DNA of 64,000 nucleotides. Origin: Squalus acanthias (lineage: Eukaryota). The stretch covers positions 62,124,001-62,188,000 of the forward strand of contig CM059430.1 in the NCBI GenBank assembly GCA_030390025.1, given 5' to 3'. The notes under the pieces were generated by a model. That model had not been told where the DNA came from. It did no database searches and saw only the letters and a program-made list of their open reading frames with translations. How positions within the stretch are numbered: the stretch's first letter is position 1; each line of letters starts with the position of its first letter. Below, one piece after another: positions 38,078 through 48,958 of the stretch. The position numbers and the translations under genes were made by a program.

Positions 38078-38596
38078 TCGTGCGACTGCTGTTGTAACCC
38101 ATTTAAATGAGCAGGTTAATACTTCAATTGCAATAGCAGAGAAAGGAATGCCACACCCGTCTGTTAAGTTTATCTCATATCGCAATGTACCGTTTTAAGG
38201 TGTCTGAGCATGGACAGCCTGTGTGACCTGCTGATCCCATGGCGGAGGCTCCACGGTTGAACCTGCCCACGCATCTGCACTTTTCAGCCGCCCCCCACCC
38301 TCTGCCGATCCCTGGGACACGGAGGTCAATTATGATGAATCTTGGCTGAGATCAGCCGACACAGCACACTCGGTAGATTAAACCTGGGATCTTTCTATTT
38401 CCTGCGGCTCAGTGTCGTACCGCAGAACATTGATCGTGTTTCAATGAATGACCTGGCTATACCTTGGCATACACCGTGCTCTCTTCCTTCTGTCTGGCTT
38501 TCGCGTTTTTCGTGGTGTTGGTTACGAGAGCGGCGTGGGTCAGTCTGTCGCCGGTGCCTTGCTTCGTCTATAACAGAGATATTTGCCAGTCTGATC

Positions 38597-38813
38597 AGGT
38601 GAATTTATTCTTTTGCAATTTGTCGTACAGAGCAATCATTATCACAGCCAGACCCGAAAAAGAAACGCGGATAATTTTGACGAAGCGATAGTGTGAAACT
38701 GGTCCACTACCCGTTTTACATCTCTCCCGATTGTATTTCCATTGAAGTCAGTGGGCGAGATGCCGTTTCGCTATCACCATTTTACACTGTCGCACGAAGT
38801 CAAAATTACCCCC
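38597..38813. mobile_element. Short MITE; related copies at ~16613-16790, ~40677-40853 and ~45228-45383
   Basis: GG(G)TGAA(A/T)TT...AATTACCCC-type termini and a shared core (CCCGATT..ATTTCCATTGAAGT). Confidence 0.55.
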
Positions 38814-38920
38814 ACGTTTCTGTACAGATTGTTAACATTGCCTTTGTTATCACAGAGTGTTGATTTTGTATGGAAATGGTTTGGAAATTAATGGCGCCAA
38901 TACCCCACCGCTCTACCTGG

Positions 38921-39408
38921 AGGCATTCTAGAGGGTGCATAGACGATTTACAAGGACGATACCAGAAATGCGAGGGTATATATATCGGAAAGGATGAACA
39001 GGCTGGGTCTCTTTTCTCTTGAAAAAAGAAGGCTGAGGGATGACCTTATAGAGGTTTTTAAAATTACGAAAAGTTTTGATAGAGTGGATACAGAGAGAAT
39101 GTTTCTACTTGTGGGGAATAGCAAACTAGAGGTCATCAATATTAAATAGTCACCAAGAAATCCAATAGGGAATTCAGAAGAAACTTCTTTACCCAAAGAG
39201 TGGTGAGAATGTGGAACTCGCTACCACAGGGAGTGGTTGAAGCGAATAGTATAGATGCATTTAAGGGGGGGCTAGACAAGCATATGAGAGAAAAGGGTAT
39301 AGAGGGTTATGCTGATAGATTTAGATGAGGAAAGGCGGGAGGAGGCTCTGTGGAGCATAAACGTAGGCATGGACTGGTTCTGTGCCGTATATCCGATGTA
39401 ATCCTATG
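38921..39408 (+). mobile_element. CR1 3' fragment inserted in the last exon of the Ig-superfamily gene
   Basis: CR1 ORF2 end with an (ATCCTATGTA)-type tail; flanked by direct repeats TACCTGG at 38914-38920 and 39409-39415. Confidence 0.9.
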
Positions 39409-39517
39409 TACCTGGGAATAGACGGTATGCTCGTTCTCCTGTCTCCGTTTGGGAGGACCTCTGACGTCTCTGAAGTTTAGAGTAGCGTAGGCGGCAATCT
39501 CTTCACTTGGTCCTTGT
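39307..39517 (-). CDS. Exon 6: cytoplasmic tail with ITIM-like AAYATL and ITSM TVYSQV; last 33 aa derived from antisense CR1
   Basis: Acceptor ttgtactggttag|A; reads QGPSEEIAAYATLNFRDVRGPPKRRQENEHTVYSQV; the two Tyr are 23 aa apart. Confidence 0.75.
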
Positions 39518-39924
39518 CTAACCAGTACAAATAAGACATGAAATACTGATAGCGGAGAGTCTGATACAGCTGCCAGCTACCATTAATTGGAACTGAGTCT
39601 GAAAATCTAAATATGCACACAGTAGCCGATAGATTAGGGCACGATTACATTCTGTCCCACTCAATGATTTTATCCAATATTTCACCCATAAGTTGTAGAG
39701 TAATGTTCTAAATATGAAACCCATTGCGCACAAATTATTTACATACATTTAAAATCAGGATGATTCGGAGCACAGCTAATAACTATCCTATGAATACTAC
39801 ATATTACTCATTTCCCCCTTTCGTCCCCAATTAACTCACTCTCTCTACTGCCCTGAAGGTTTTCACTCATGCTGGTGTGTCGCCACATTCCTATTCCTCG
39901 GCCAACACAGCCTATTGGAGGATC

Positions 39925-40330
39925 TTACAACTGGGATTGTTCTCTTTAGAGCATAGCAGGTTAAGGGGAGATTTAATAGAGGTGTTCAAAATTCGGATGG
40001 GTTTTTGATAAAGTAAATAAGGAGAAACTGTTTCCACTGATGGATGGGTTGGTATCCAATGGACACAGATTTACGATAATTGGCAAAAGAACCAGAGGGA
40101 AGATGAGGAGAATTGTTTATGCAGCCAGCTGTTATGATATGGAACGCACTGCCTGGAAGGATGGTGGAAGCAGATTCAGTGGGAACTTACAAAATGGGAT
40201 TGGGATGAAAACAATTGCAGGACTATGGGTAAAGAGCGGGGGGATGGCACTAATTGGATAACTCTTATCAAAGAGCCGGAACAAGCACGGTGGCTTCCTT
40301 CTGTGCTGTAAGAGTTTATGATTCTATGAA
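39925..40330 (+). mobile_element. CR1 3' fragment (intronic)
   Basis: TTAAGGGGAGATTTAATAGAGGTGTTCAAAAT...; GATTCTATG tail. Confidence 0.8.
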
Positions 40331-40423
40331 ATTTAAGTAGTATCTTCTCGGCTGAATGTATATATTGGGTTGCTATTCCCCCCTGCCCCTTCTTCTTTTT
40401 TGGAACATAAAGAACATTGTCAC

Positions 40424-40472
40424 CCTACCGGCTCTTCACTCTGACCCGCTTCCACAGAATTTTTCTTAATAG
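40424..40472 (-). CDS. Exon 5: short cytoplasmic exon (AIKKNSVEAGQSEEPVG)
   Basis: Strong acceptor ttttttcctttcctttag; 49 nt, phase 1 to phase 2 using donor GG|GTGACA, which bridges exons 4 and 6. An alternative donor CCG|GTAGGG is possible. Confidence 0.55.
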
Positions 40473-41195
40473 CTAAAGGAAAGGAAAAAAATCCACCTTG
40501 AATAACTTAATCTGTGTGCCAGCAAAATCAACATGATTTGATGTTGGTCACATTTACTTTGTAAAGTAAGGAGATCTGTAGGGACAGATCAGCTTGAAGG
40601 TGTTTAGAAGTGCCAGTCCTTAGTGTAGTATACTGTTCATGTCCTTCTTATACCCTGTAGTGACGCTGCACCCAATGGAGTAGACTTTGACTTTGTACGA
40701 TAGTGTAAAAGGGGTGATAGTGAGACGGCAGCCAATTTTACATCTCTCCCAGTGACACACACACAGGGAAATAGAAATCGGGAGAGATATAAAACAGTCT
40801 GCCAATTCGCTATCAACCGTTTTACACTATTACAAAAAATCAACATCTACCTCAAAGTGTTTACGCTTCAAGATCTGGACCCGCATTGATACTAAAACTT
40901 TGCAGAACATTAAGGATTGCGGGTGTTTCAAAATGAAAGTGTATAAGTTGAGTGAATAGTTCGAATGGGAAGGTAAAATATTGACATTTCAAGATCCGGT
41001 TTACATTCTCATATTCAAATAGTGTCAACCAAATAACGCTCTTGTGGTAGTAACTTCATTCTTTAAAGATGCAGGCAGTTAAGGGTACTTTATTCCTCTA
41101 CAATCAATCCCTATTCACCTACCCTTTCGGTTTTGTAACAATACAACTGGACCGCAGAAAATAAAAGCATTCGGCGAAATAATAAATGTTCTTAC

Positions 41196-41299
41196 CGTCT
41201 GAAGCCTTCAATCTGACTCTCACCAAAATTATTATCAACAGCAAAATTGTAATGCGCCCCCTGCACATCCAAATATCAGTGCAAATTTGTCATCAGTAC
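41196..41299 (-). CDS. Exon 4: transmembrane exon with a 1-nt frameshift
   Basis: ctgtag|GTDDKFALIFGCAGGAL[shift]TILLLIIILVRVRLKASD|gtaaga. Confidence 0.8.
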
Positions 41300-41967
41300 C
41301 TACAGGATCAACAGATAATTGAAATAAGAAACTGTAGAACATACAGAGATATACACACAGGGAATGATGGGTCCGGCACGGGAGGGCGAGTTCCAAAGGT
41401 GTCCCTCGAGATGATGCCGTCCGCTGACAGTCAGAGGGGCTCGACCCCTTTATTTCTATGGGCAGTAGCTGGACAAGGATTAAAACGTGTACCAAACGAC
41501 ATCAACTGCAAGTCAGTGATGCAATTTATGGAGAGAAAAAATCCCATTACATAAAGGCCCAGGAAGCTTCTCTCTGCACACGAGGGTTGTTAATTAAGAG
41601 TAAAGGGAGATTCATGTTTTACTTAGCCATGCTATACCGGACTGATGGGCACCGGCTGCAAAAAGTGGCAAAGTCACCCGTTCGCCAGTGCTGCCACCCC
41701 TCACCAGCCTTACCAGAGGACACCTACTGCAACTTTTGGTAGGTAACAAGAACGACTTGCATTTATATAGCGCCTTTAAGGCACTTCACAGGAGCGGTAT
41801 TAAACAACATTTGACACCAAGCCACGATTAAGACAGGTGGATGTATGGTCTAAGGAACGTTTTAAAGAAGGAGAGAGATATAGAAGAGCGGTTTAGGGCG
41901 GGAATTCCAAAGTTTAGGGTCTAGACAGCTGAAGGAATGGTGCGCAGAAAACAGATTAACATAATAA

Positions 41968-42395
41968 GAACATCAGAATTAGAAGCAGGAGTAGGGCATA
42001 CGAACCCTCGAGCCTGCTCCGCCATTGAAAAACATCATGGCTGATCTTCGACCTCAACTCCACTATCCCGCCCTATCCCTACATCCATTGATTCCCTTAG
42101 AGTCCAAAAATCTATCTACCTCAGCCTTGAATATACTCAACGACCCAGCCACAGCCCTCTGGGGTAGAGAATTCTAAAGATTCCCAACCCTCAGAATGAA
42201 GAAGTTCCTCATCATCTCAATCCTAAATGGCCGACCCCTTATCTAGGGACTAAGCCCCCTAATTCTAGACTCCCCTGCCTGGGGAAACAGCCTCTCAGCA
42301 TCTAACTTGTCAATCCCCCTCAGAATTTTATATCTTTCAATGCGATCACCTCTCATTCTTCTAAACTCCAGAGAGTATAAGCTCAATCTACTCAA
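41968..42395 (-). mobile_element. CR1 3' fragment (intronic)
   Basis: Reverse-complement CR1 ORF2 end and 3' UTR, similar to 18237-18660. Confidence 0.85.
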
Positions 42396-42760
42396 AAACA
42401 GTTCCATGTATTCAATTTAAATACACAGGATGTAAAAGTAAATCTGGTAGAATGGATCAATTTGGTGCGTAATTTTATTTTATTTGGCAAAAATTTTACG
42501 AGGAATGATCTTTCAACTTTTGAACAGTTCGCACATCAACCTCCCGTTGCGGATTTCTTCAGCGAGATATTCTCCCTCCTTCACTTACAAACCATCTGGA
42601 ATATTTTTATTTAGTTCCCATTGATGTGACACTGAGAGTAAATACATTTCACATGTACCCTATATTCTCGGGGTTGAACAGTTCCCCTGCTACATGTCCA
42701 ATAAGTAATTACAGGTTGGAGCAGATCCCCGCTCCCCGCTGTAAAGGTATCCAATCTTAC

Positions 42761-43057
42761 CTTGACTAACGGTGTAGCTGACATTGGCGGGCAGCAGAAG
42801 AGAGACATGAGATACCAGACATGTATAAACAACTCCGCTCTGGGCAGGCTGTGCTTCTTCCAACGAGCTGGAAACCTTAAACAGTCCCTCTGCATTCCTG
42901 TTTTTCACAGTTGCTATTCCAGTCAGAATTTCGACACCATCTCTTCGCCAGGAGATTTCTAAATGCTCCGGGTAAAAGGCAGTCGTTTTACACTCGAGTT
43001 TTAGAGAAGTCGCTGAAATTCCTTCAACAGGAGCGATTTTCAGGGGAGCTGGGGAAA
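42761..43057 (-). CDS. Exon 3: Ig C1-set domain
   Basis: 297 nt, phase 1/1; LECKTTAFYPEHLEISWRRDG...NAEGLFKVSSSL...YTCLVSHVSL; ttttaaag acceptor and G|GTAAGA donor. Confidence 0.93.
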
Positions 43058-44634
43058 CTTTAAAAGAAAAAATGTTTTTTTTTAATTTAAAGGAACACAT
43101 TCTCATTTGCCTCTCTCGTTATGCGGTTACAGTCCTACTGTCACAACAGTTATCCGCGCTGTCGTTTTTTTTAAACTTCGAGTTTGCATCTATTTTATAA
43201 TTTGTTTTACGGCGCACAGCAAAATGACGGGATGTATTGGAACGTACGCAAAGAGGGTGAATCTCCCAGGGCTGCTAACATGCAGGGAGGCACGCGTCAC
43301 TGTTCTGAATGGAGTATCAGATCCTGGTGCGGGATTGTTCTTGGCAGCAGTGACCCCGAGTGAGGTTCCTGTCCGACTATATCGGAGAGAGCGCAACCCA
43401 GTCTGCACGAACAGTGAAATCGCTTCTCGTTATTGATTGATAATCTTTGGAGCATTAAACATTTTGTGTGTTTATTTAAAAATTGGTCGCTTTTTAGATA
43501 TTTCATATATTGCAAACATATTTTATATAAACGGTGAATATTGAGAAGAAGAATTCTTACCAATATATTGAAATATATCTGATGTCTACACAGATTGCAG
43601 ACAGGATGCTGTTATATCGATAGATTAATATTCGTGCATTACAGTTGCTAACTCAGCATTTCAGTGTCTGTGGTGGAGATTTCAGGTCGTGCAGCTTTCA
43701 TGAAATGAACTTTCCCCAGACCGCGAACCGAGGGCTGGAATTTTTTTCACGTCATGAAAGGGCTATATTGGTAATGATGTATCTCTGTGTAGATCACAAC
43801 ATCCATACAGATGAGGGAATACGAATAGGAACTCCTAACTCAGAGTGCATGTCTTATATAATTCCAGGTTTTTTGTCCTTCCCCACGTCTATTCGGTCTG
43901 TTGAACAACTTTTGCCTGAAAAGATTCTGCTTATATCAGTCCTACAGTCGTCTTTTACTAATGTGAACCTTTGTCCGCTAGAGCTACAGTCACTGTTTAG
44001 CTGAAAGTAGAGTCCCTTATTCGGTTTGCATTGTTGTGTCAGTTTATTACAAACAATCTCTGGAAAATCTTTTCTTTAAATGTTTACTTTTCCGATTTTG
44101 TAGTAATAGCAAACATTTAAATCAGTGGTATTATTAACTTGGAAAGTTTTTTTTAGCGTTTATTCCCAGCAGCACCGTATTGACTGCACCACCAAAGCTC
44201 AGAATTCCTCCGTTCTTTACCACTGATCTGTTTAGGTATAATATGTAATGCAGCAGGATTTCCGTGGAGGAGGAGGACGAAAGTTTTCACTTAATCTGCT
44301 GCCGTAACTTCAGACTGGGATTGGTAGAATGGAAATGGAAATCATGAATTGCAAAGACGGGCGCCCAGGCGTTTATAGCAATTTCGGCGATAATTTGCCC
44401 GTACTTTACAGGTTGTGAGTGTATGAAAGAAAGTCCAATTAGCGTAAGACAGATGTTCAAAAAGGAGCATTGGGTTTCTATACTCTCCTGCAAGGTCTGG
44501 GACTTGGGGTGGAATCCAGCATTGAGGGTAAGACCAACACTTGCCTTTCAATGGGTTATAAGATTCCATTGTGAAATGAGTTTGGCAGTCTCAAAAAAGT
44601 TCTCAATGAAAGCAAGTGCAGAGCCTAAACTGCG

Positions 44635-44855
44635 GATACAGGAACAGGAGGAGGCCATTTAGCCCCTCGAGTCTGCTCCGCCATTCAATTAGATGATGGC
44701 TAATCTGTACCTCAAATCCATTTGTCCACTTAACTCCATATCCTTTGATACCCCCACCTAACAAAAATCTATCCACCTCAATCTTGGAAGCTCCAATTGT
44801 CCCATCATCCACAGCCATTTCGGAGAGAGAATTCCAGATTTTGGCCAATTCTGTA
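44635..44855 (-). mobile_element. CR1 3' end fragment (intronic)
   Basis: KIWNSLSE...IDRFLLGGGIKGYG-like sequence plus 3' UTR. Confidence 0.8.
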
Positions 44856-45450
44856 CAGAAAGTATTAGATTTGCAATTTCAAGTAGTGGGACCAAAATGT
44901 TCCCTGGTGTGTGCAATAACCATGATTGTAGCAGGACATTTTTCTGTTGCGTTTGTGATGAAGGCACCTTGTTGGGGCGGCGTAGCCGGCCTTTAATGAA
45001 GTATAAAATACATGACCTCGGAGGTGTTAAAATTGTTCGCATTGTCGCTCCTTGGCAACGCTATTTTGGTGAGAAGGAATTTGGCCATCTAATCCCAGTT
45101 ATTAATTTGAAGCCAAGATTTAAACGTTTATACCATTTCAGTATCTTGCCTCCTTAATAATTGTAACTGCACTTCCAAAAGAACTCATTGGATGCAAAGC
45201 ACTTTGGAATGTCATGCGGACAATGAAGGGGTGAAATTGATCTGGGGCAGTAGCGCAAACCGGGCGCTAGCGAATCGGCCAGCCGTTGTACACCGGGGTG
45301 AATGGAAAAGAAAATCGGGAGAAGTGTAAAATCAATTTGCTATCACCTGGTTTTCGTCAAGTGATAAAATTCAAATTACCCCCACTATTGAGTTTTACGT
45401 ATATCGCACACTGCTGAGAATCTCCCACTCACCGGCACAATGACACTTAC

Positions 45451-45756
45451 CGTACACAGTAAGCTGGGAGCCACTTCCATCTCCAATAGATTTTTGTTGA
45501 TATTTTACTTTGCAGTAATACACTCCGGCGTCGGCGACACTCGCATTCACGAGATCAAATGAATCACTTCCCTTTTTTACATTAAATTGCTTTCTGCTAT
45601 CTGGCTCGAGAAACGTCTCATCGCCCCGTCTCCGCCAATAAACATCGGGGGCATCTTGAAACATGGGAAATGTGCAAAACATGGAAACATTTGTACTCCT
45701 GGCAACCTTAATATATTTCGGGAATTGAAACACTTTGATCGAAGGTACTTCAGCGG
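45451..45756 (-). CDS. Exon 2: Ig V-type domain with germline-fused J-like strand
   Basis: 306 nt, phase 1/1; MFC, VYW, DAGVYYC, GSGSQLTVY; ttttctgatag acceptor and G|GTAAGT donor. Confidence 0.93.
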
Positions 45757-46019
45757 CTATCAGAAAATAAACAAAAATGCTGACATAATAGTTTGCATAC
45801 TTTAGGAAAGGAACAAATATAATTCCTTAGAAATTTTTTAAAAATCAAGAAAATTAACCACATTAATAACACTATAAGAAAAACGGAAGAAATGTGCACA
45901 AAATATGACAAATTGTTTTAACATTAGCTTTTTTTCGATAAACATGGAGCGGTGAGATAAACAAACACACCTCTGTAAAGAACTCCCACCAAAGATATGC
46001 AGAAAAGCGCGGAGCTCAC

Positions 46020-46053
46020 CGCCATTCTGAGTGACGAGCATTAGACTAGCCAT
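46020..46053 (-). CDS. Exon 1: putative leader (MASLMLVTQNG)
   Basis: ATG at 46053; the phase-1 donor G|GTGAGC joins the V exon in frame. Short for a signal peptide. Confidence 0.55.
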
Positions 46054-46087
46054 AAGCTGCAAGGAACCAACAAGCTCCTGGAGCTTT

Positions 46088-46193
46088 GGAAGCCAGGGCT
46101 TTTCACGTGATCTGGAGTGGCGTGTAATATCACGTGCCTAAATGTACAATTTCAATTGATGTATTACCATTGTTAAGACAGAATTGTGGGCGG
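46088..46193 (-). promoter_or_regulatory. Candidate proximal promoter of the receptor gene
   Basis: CACGTG E-boxes at 46104-46109 and 46131-46136 and a GC box at 46188-46193, just upstream of the ATG. Motif match only. Confidence 0.3.
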
Positions 46194-47211
46194 AGAGTCG
46201 TGCAGACTCAGGGTTTAATGCATCCAATTAAAAGATCGAGGATACTTAGGCGTATTGTAGTTACTCCTGTGACTCACTTAAGCAAAAATGCGCCATCTTG
46301 AAAGCCATGTAACTTTTTTGCCTCCTGATTGCACTTCTCTCTTGGCGGAACCGCGAAGACAAATCCGGAGTGTAAGTGCTCCTTTCTTGTTCTTGTGGTG
46401 ATAAAGCGTTATTGATTTAACTGCTGTATATTCTTCCGCCTATCCCTACAGCAAGCCCTGATCAGTGTAAAAAAAATCTCCTGTCTGTGCATTGAATGCC
46501 CATGCGCCTTTACGCTAACCAGTCGAGTTCTCCATGTTAATGAGCTTAAATGCGTTTGTCAAAATCCAACGACTCACATTCTGCTATAAATAGGAGGAGC
46601 CTATTTGTCTGATCCACGCTTGACTTCAGCTGTGCTGGTGAACTGTCGGATGAACTGACTGGCCTACCGCGTCCCTATTAACCTTCTGGTCTTATTTCCG
46701 ATGATCGTTGAAACTAACAAATCAGAAAACAAGAGTGAAAGTGGAACGCCAGGACGTTTGGACTGTAGTTATTTTGTGCGTTATCGTGAATCCCCTCATC
46801 CTGTTGCCCGATCATAGCTCCCAGATCCACCTGAATTCACAAATGCTGTCCTAGTGGCTTCTATTAAATGATTGCAGTGTCTACCATCGCATATGAGTAT
46901 CCATTAGCACCATCCTCCGATCAAATACTCTGGTGTGAGTTTCGTTTACATATGTACGTTCAGTGAACTTTCATGCTGCCACTAAATCCATTCACTAGAT
47001 ATCTATTTTGTTTTAGATTGCATGCTTGCTTACCATGACCTGGTCGCTTATTTGGTGAAGCCATCGTAAATGGAGCCTTTTGTATTAGGTGACCTCAGAG
47101 ACAACTATTTCGGTAGTGGCATGTTTGTGCTAAGTTGCCCGGCACTGGACAGAATATTAATCAAATAGTCTTGGGTTGTCATCCATATCTGTAGCACTGA
47201 CATGACCGTCA

Positions 47212-47908
47212 GTGGTGAATTAGTGTTGGTGCTAACTGTTAGCGCCTAGGCGTCTAGCGCCGCTCACATGTTGACGCCAATGCATGTGCAATGCCCCGTT
47301 AATGGCTACGATGCAAAATTGCCTTTTGCCCCCTGCTTTAGCGCCTCGCTCTAACAACGCAAGTAGGAGGAAGTGTTGTGCACTCAGAAGTGTGCTGCAG
47401 GAGCAGTAATAAAAGGGAATGCTTCCGTGTCGCTGGAACATCGCGAGAAAGACTCTTTCACTGATCGCACCGTTTTTTACTAGCACCAATCTGCTGCTTG
47501 CACAAAATCTTTTACACCTTTTCTTCAAACATCGCCAAGTGCTGCACTTTCTGAAAGTGATGGGGGCTGCAATGGCAGTCGCCCAGGTCGCAGTGAAAAA
47601 CACCACTGATGACTATGAGGTTATACAGAGTGATTGGCCCTTCCCTTTAAGAGATGAAACCAGACTGTGTGATTAAAGAGTGCCGGTTGGACTGCACATG
47701 ACCTTCTGTATCGCTCTGCCTGTAGCGCGCCACTCTCAGAGGATAGTATCTTAAATTAGGAGTGTAGCGCTTGATTTAGAGCTCCACTTCCCTCTTGGAG
47801 CGCCAACAATGAATTTGACGGGAGTCAACAATGATTAGCGCCTGGCGCTAATTCTTCAACTTTTAAAGTTTTAGCGCCCCAAACGGGACTATACTGAATT
47901 TCTCCCCC
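47212..47908. mobile_element. Harbinger-derived non-autonomous element (left end uncertain)
   Basis: Repeated TTAGCGCC subterminal motifs; right end CTGAATTTCTCCCCC. Confidence 0.55.
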
Positions 47909-47909
47909 T

Positions 47910-48576
47910 GGGGGGAAAATTGGGTTGCTTTGCATCTCCCGTTAGTGCCCCAGGGCTTGCTAATGATGCGCAAAGCCCTTAGTGCATTGGCGCGCACCGC
48001 TAACGCCTCCTGCGAAATACAGCAGGAGGTTAGCAGCGGCGGAAGATGGTAGCACCCTGCGGCATTGCGCCTCCGGCGATTACTTCAGTTGCGCCCCCTG
48101 AACTACCGCCGAACGATATGTCTGACAGGGTCAGGGTGGCGCTTGTGCAGCCACGGCAGCGCAAATTAAAGGCCAGGTGCCCCTGAGGCCATTTTTGTTG
48201 TATCACCTACCAGCACCTGCCCCCTTTTGCTTCCTCATGCGGGGTGCCGGCCGCAATTGGTCAGCCTGGCACCGCTCTTGAGTGCCGGGCTGTTTTACCG
48301 GCATCCCGATCCCCAGTCGTCCTTTAATCAGGGGAGGGTGGCCTGTAATAATGCGGTGCTATGTGCTGACGCACATTGTTCTGCTGCACGTAGCACCATG
48401 ATATTGAATGGTAGCGCCCCAGGAAGGAGGGGGAGCGCTTCCAATAGCACCCCGCCTCCTGCTTGGGGTGCTAACACTCAATTTACGGCAAAGGGGTGCT
48501 AACATTTTCGGGGCACTAAAGGAACTACCCAGGCGAAGTTACTGCCCCAAAGGAGGCGCAGCCGAATTTTTCCCCC
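47910..48576. mobile_element. Harbinger-derived MITE
   Basis: TIRs GGGGGGAAAATT / AATTTTTCCCCC; left end resembles the reverse complement of the right end of 48601-52765. Confidence 0.75.
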
Positions 48577-48958
48577 AAGAAGTCTTACTGCAATTATATA
48601 GGGGGAAAAATTAGGTCGCGCCCCGTTTGGGGCGCAAATATCGTCTGGACGCAAAAATTAGCACCTGGCGCTAATTATCGCCACTGACTGGAAACTTCAC
48701 TTTTACCGGCCCGGGAGGTGAGTGGAGCACTAAATCAGGCCCTGCACACCTGTCTTAAGGCGCAAAGGCCGAGCAGTGAGGTGCTAACTCAGCGCGCGAG
48801 CGCAGCGCAGGTGCTGCCAGTTAGCGAGGGAACACAGACACACTGACGCCGGCCAGTTCTTAAAGCGGGGGGGCCAACTTGCTCCCCAGCCACACCCTGC
48901 TCATTGCAGCCTTGAATCTCGACCTGGAGAGACCTGTGAATCCATTTTGCTGCCAAGG

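Larger units (their letters stand above)
39307..46053 (-). pseudogene. Ig-superfamily receptor gene, leader-VJ-C1-TM-cytoplasmic (SIRP/PRARP/NKp30-like architecture), frameshifted in the TM exon as assembled
   Basis: Six exons with GT-AG boundaries and compatible phases: 46053-46020, 45756-45451, 43057-42761, 41299-41196, 40472-40424, 39517-39307. The TM exon is 104 nt, 1 short of the in-frame length. Confidence 0.8.

Noticed and set aside
43060-45450. Rearranging Ig/TCR locus (RSS, D or J segments between V and C)
   Set aside because: The J-like strand is already in the V exon, which ends at a splice donor. No heptamer-spacer-nonamer or separate J segment was seen, and the tail carries inhibitory motifs.
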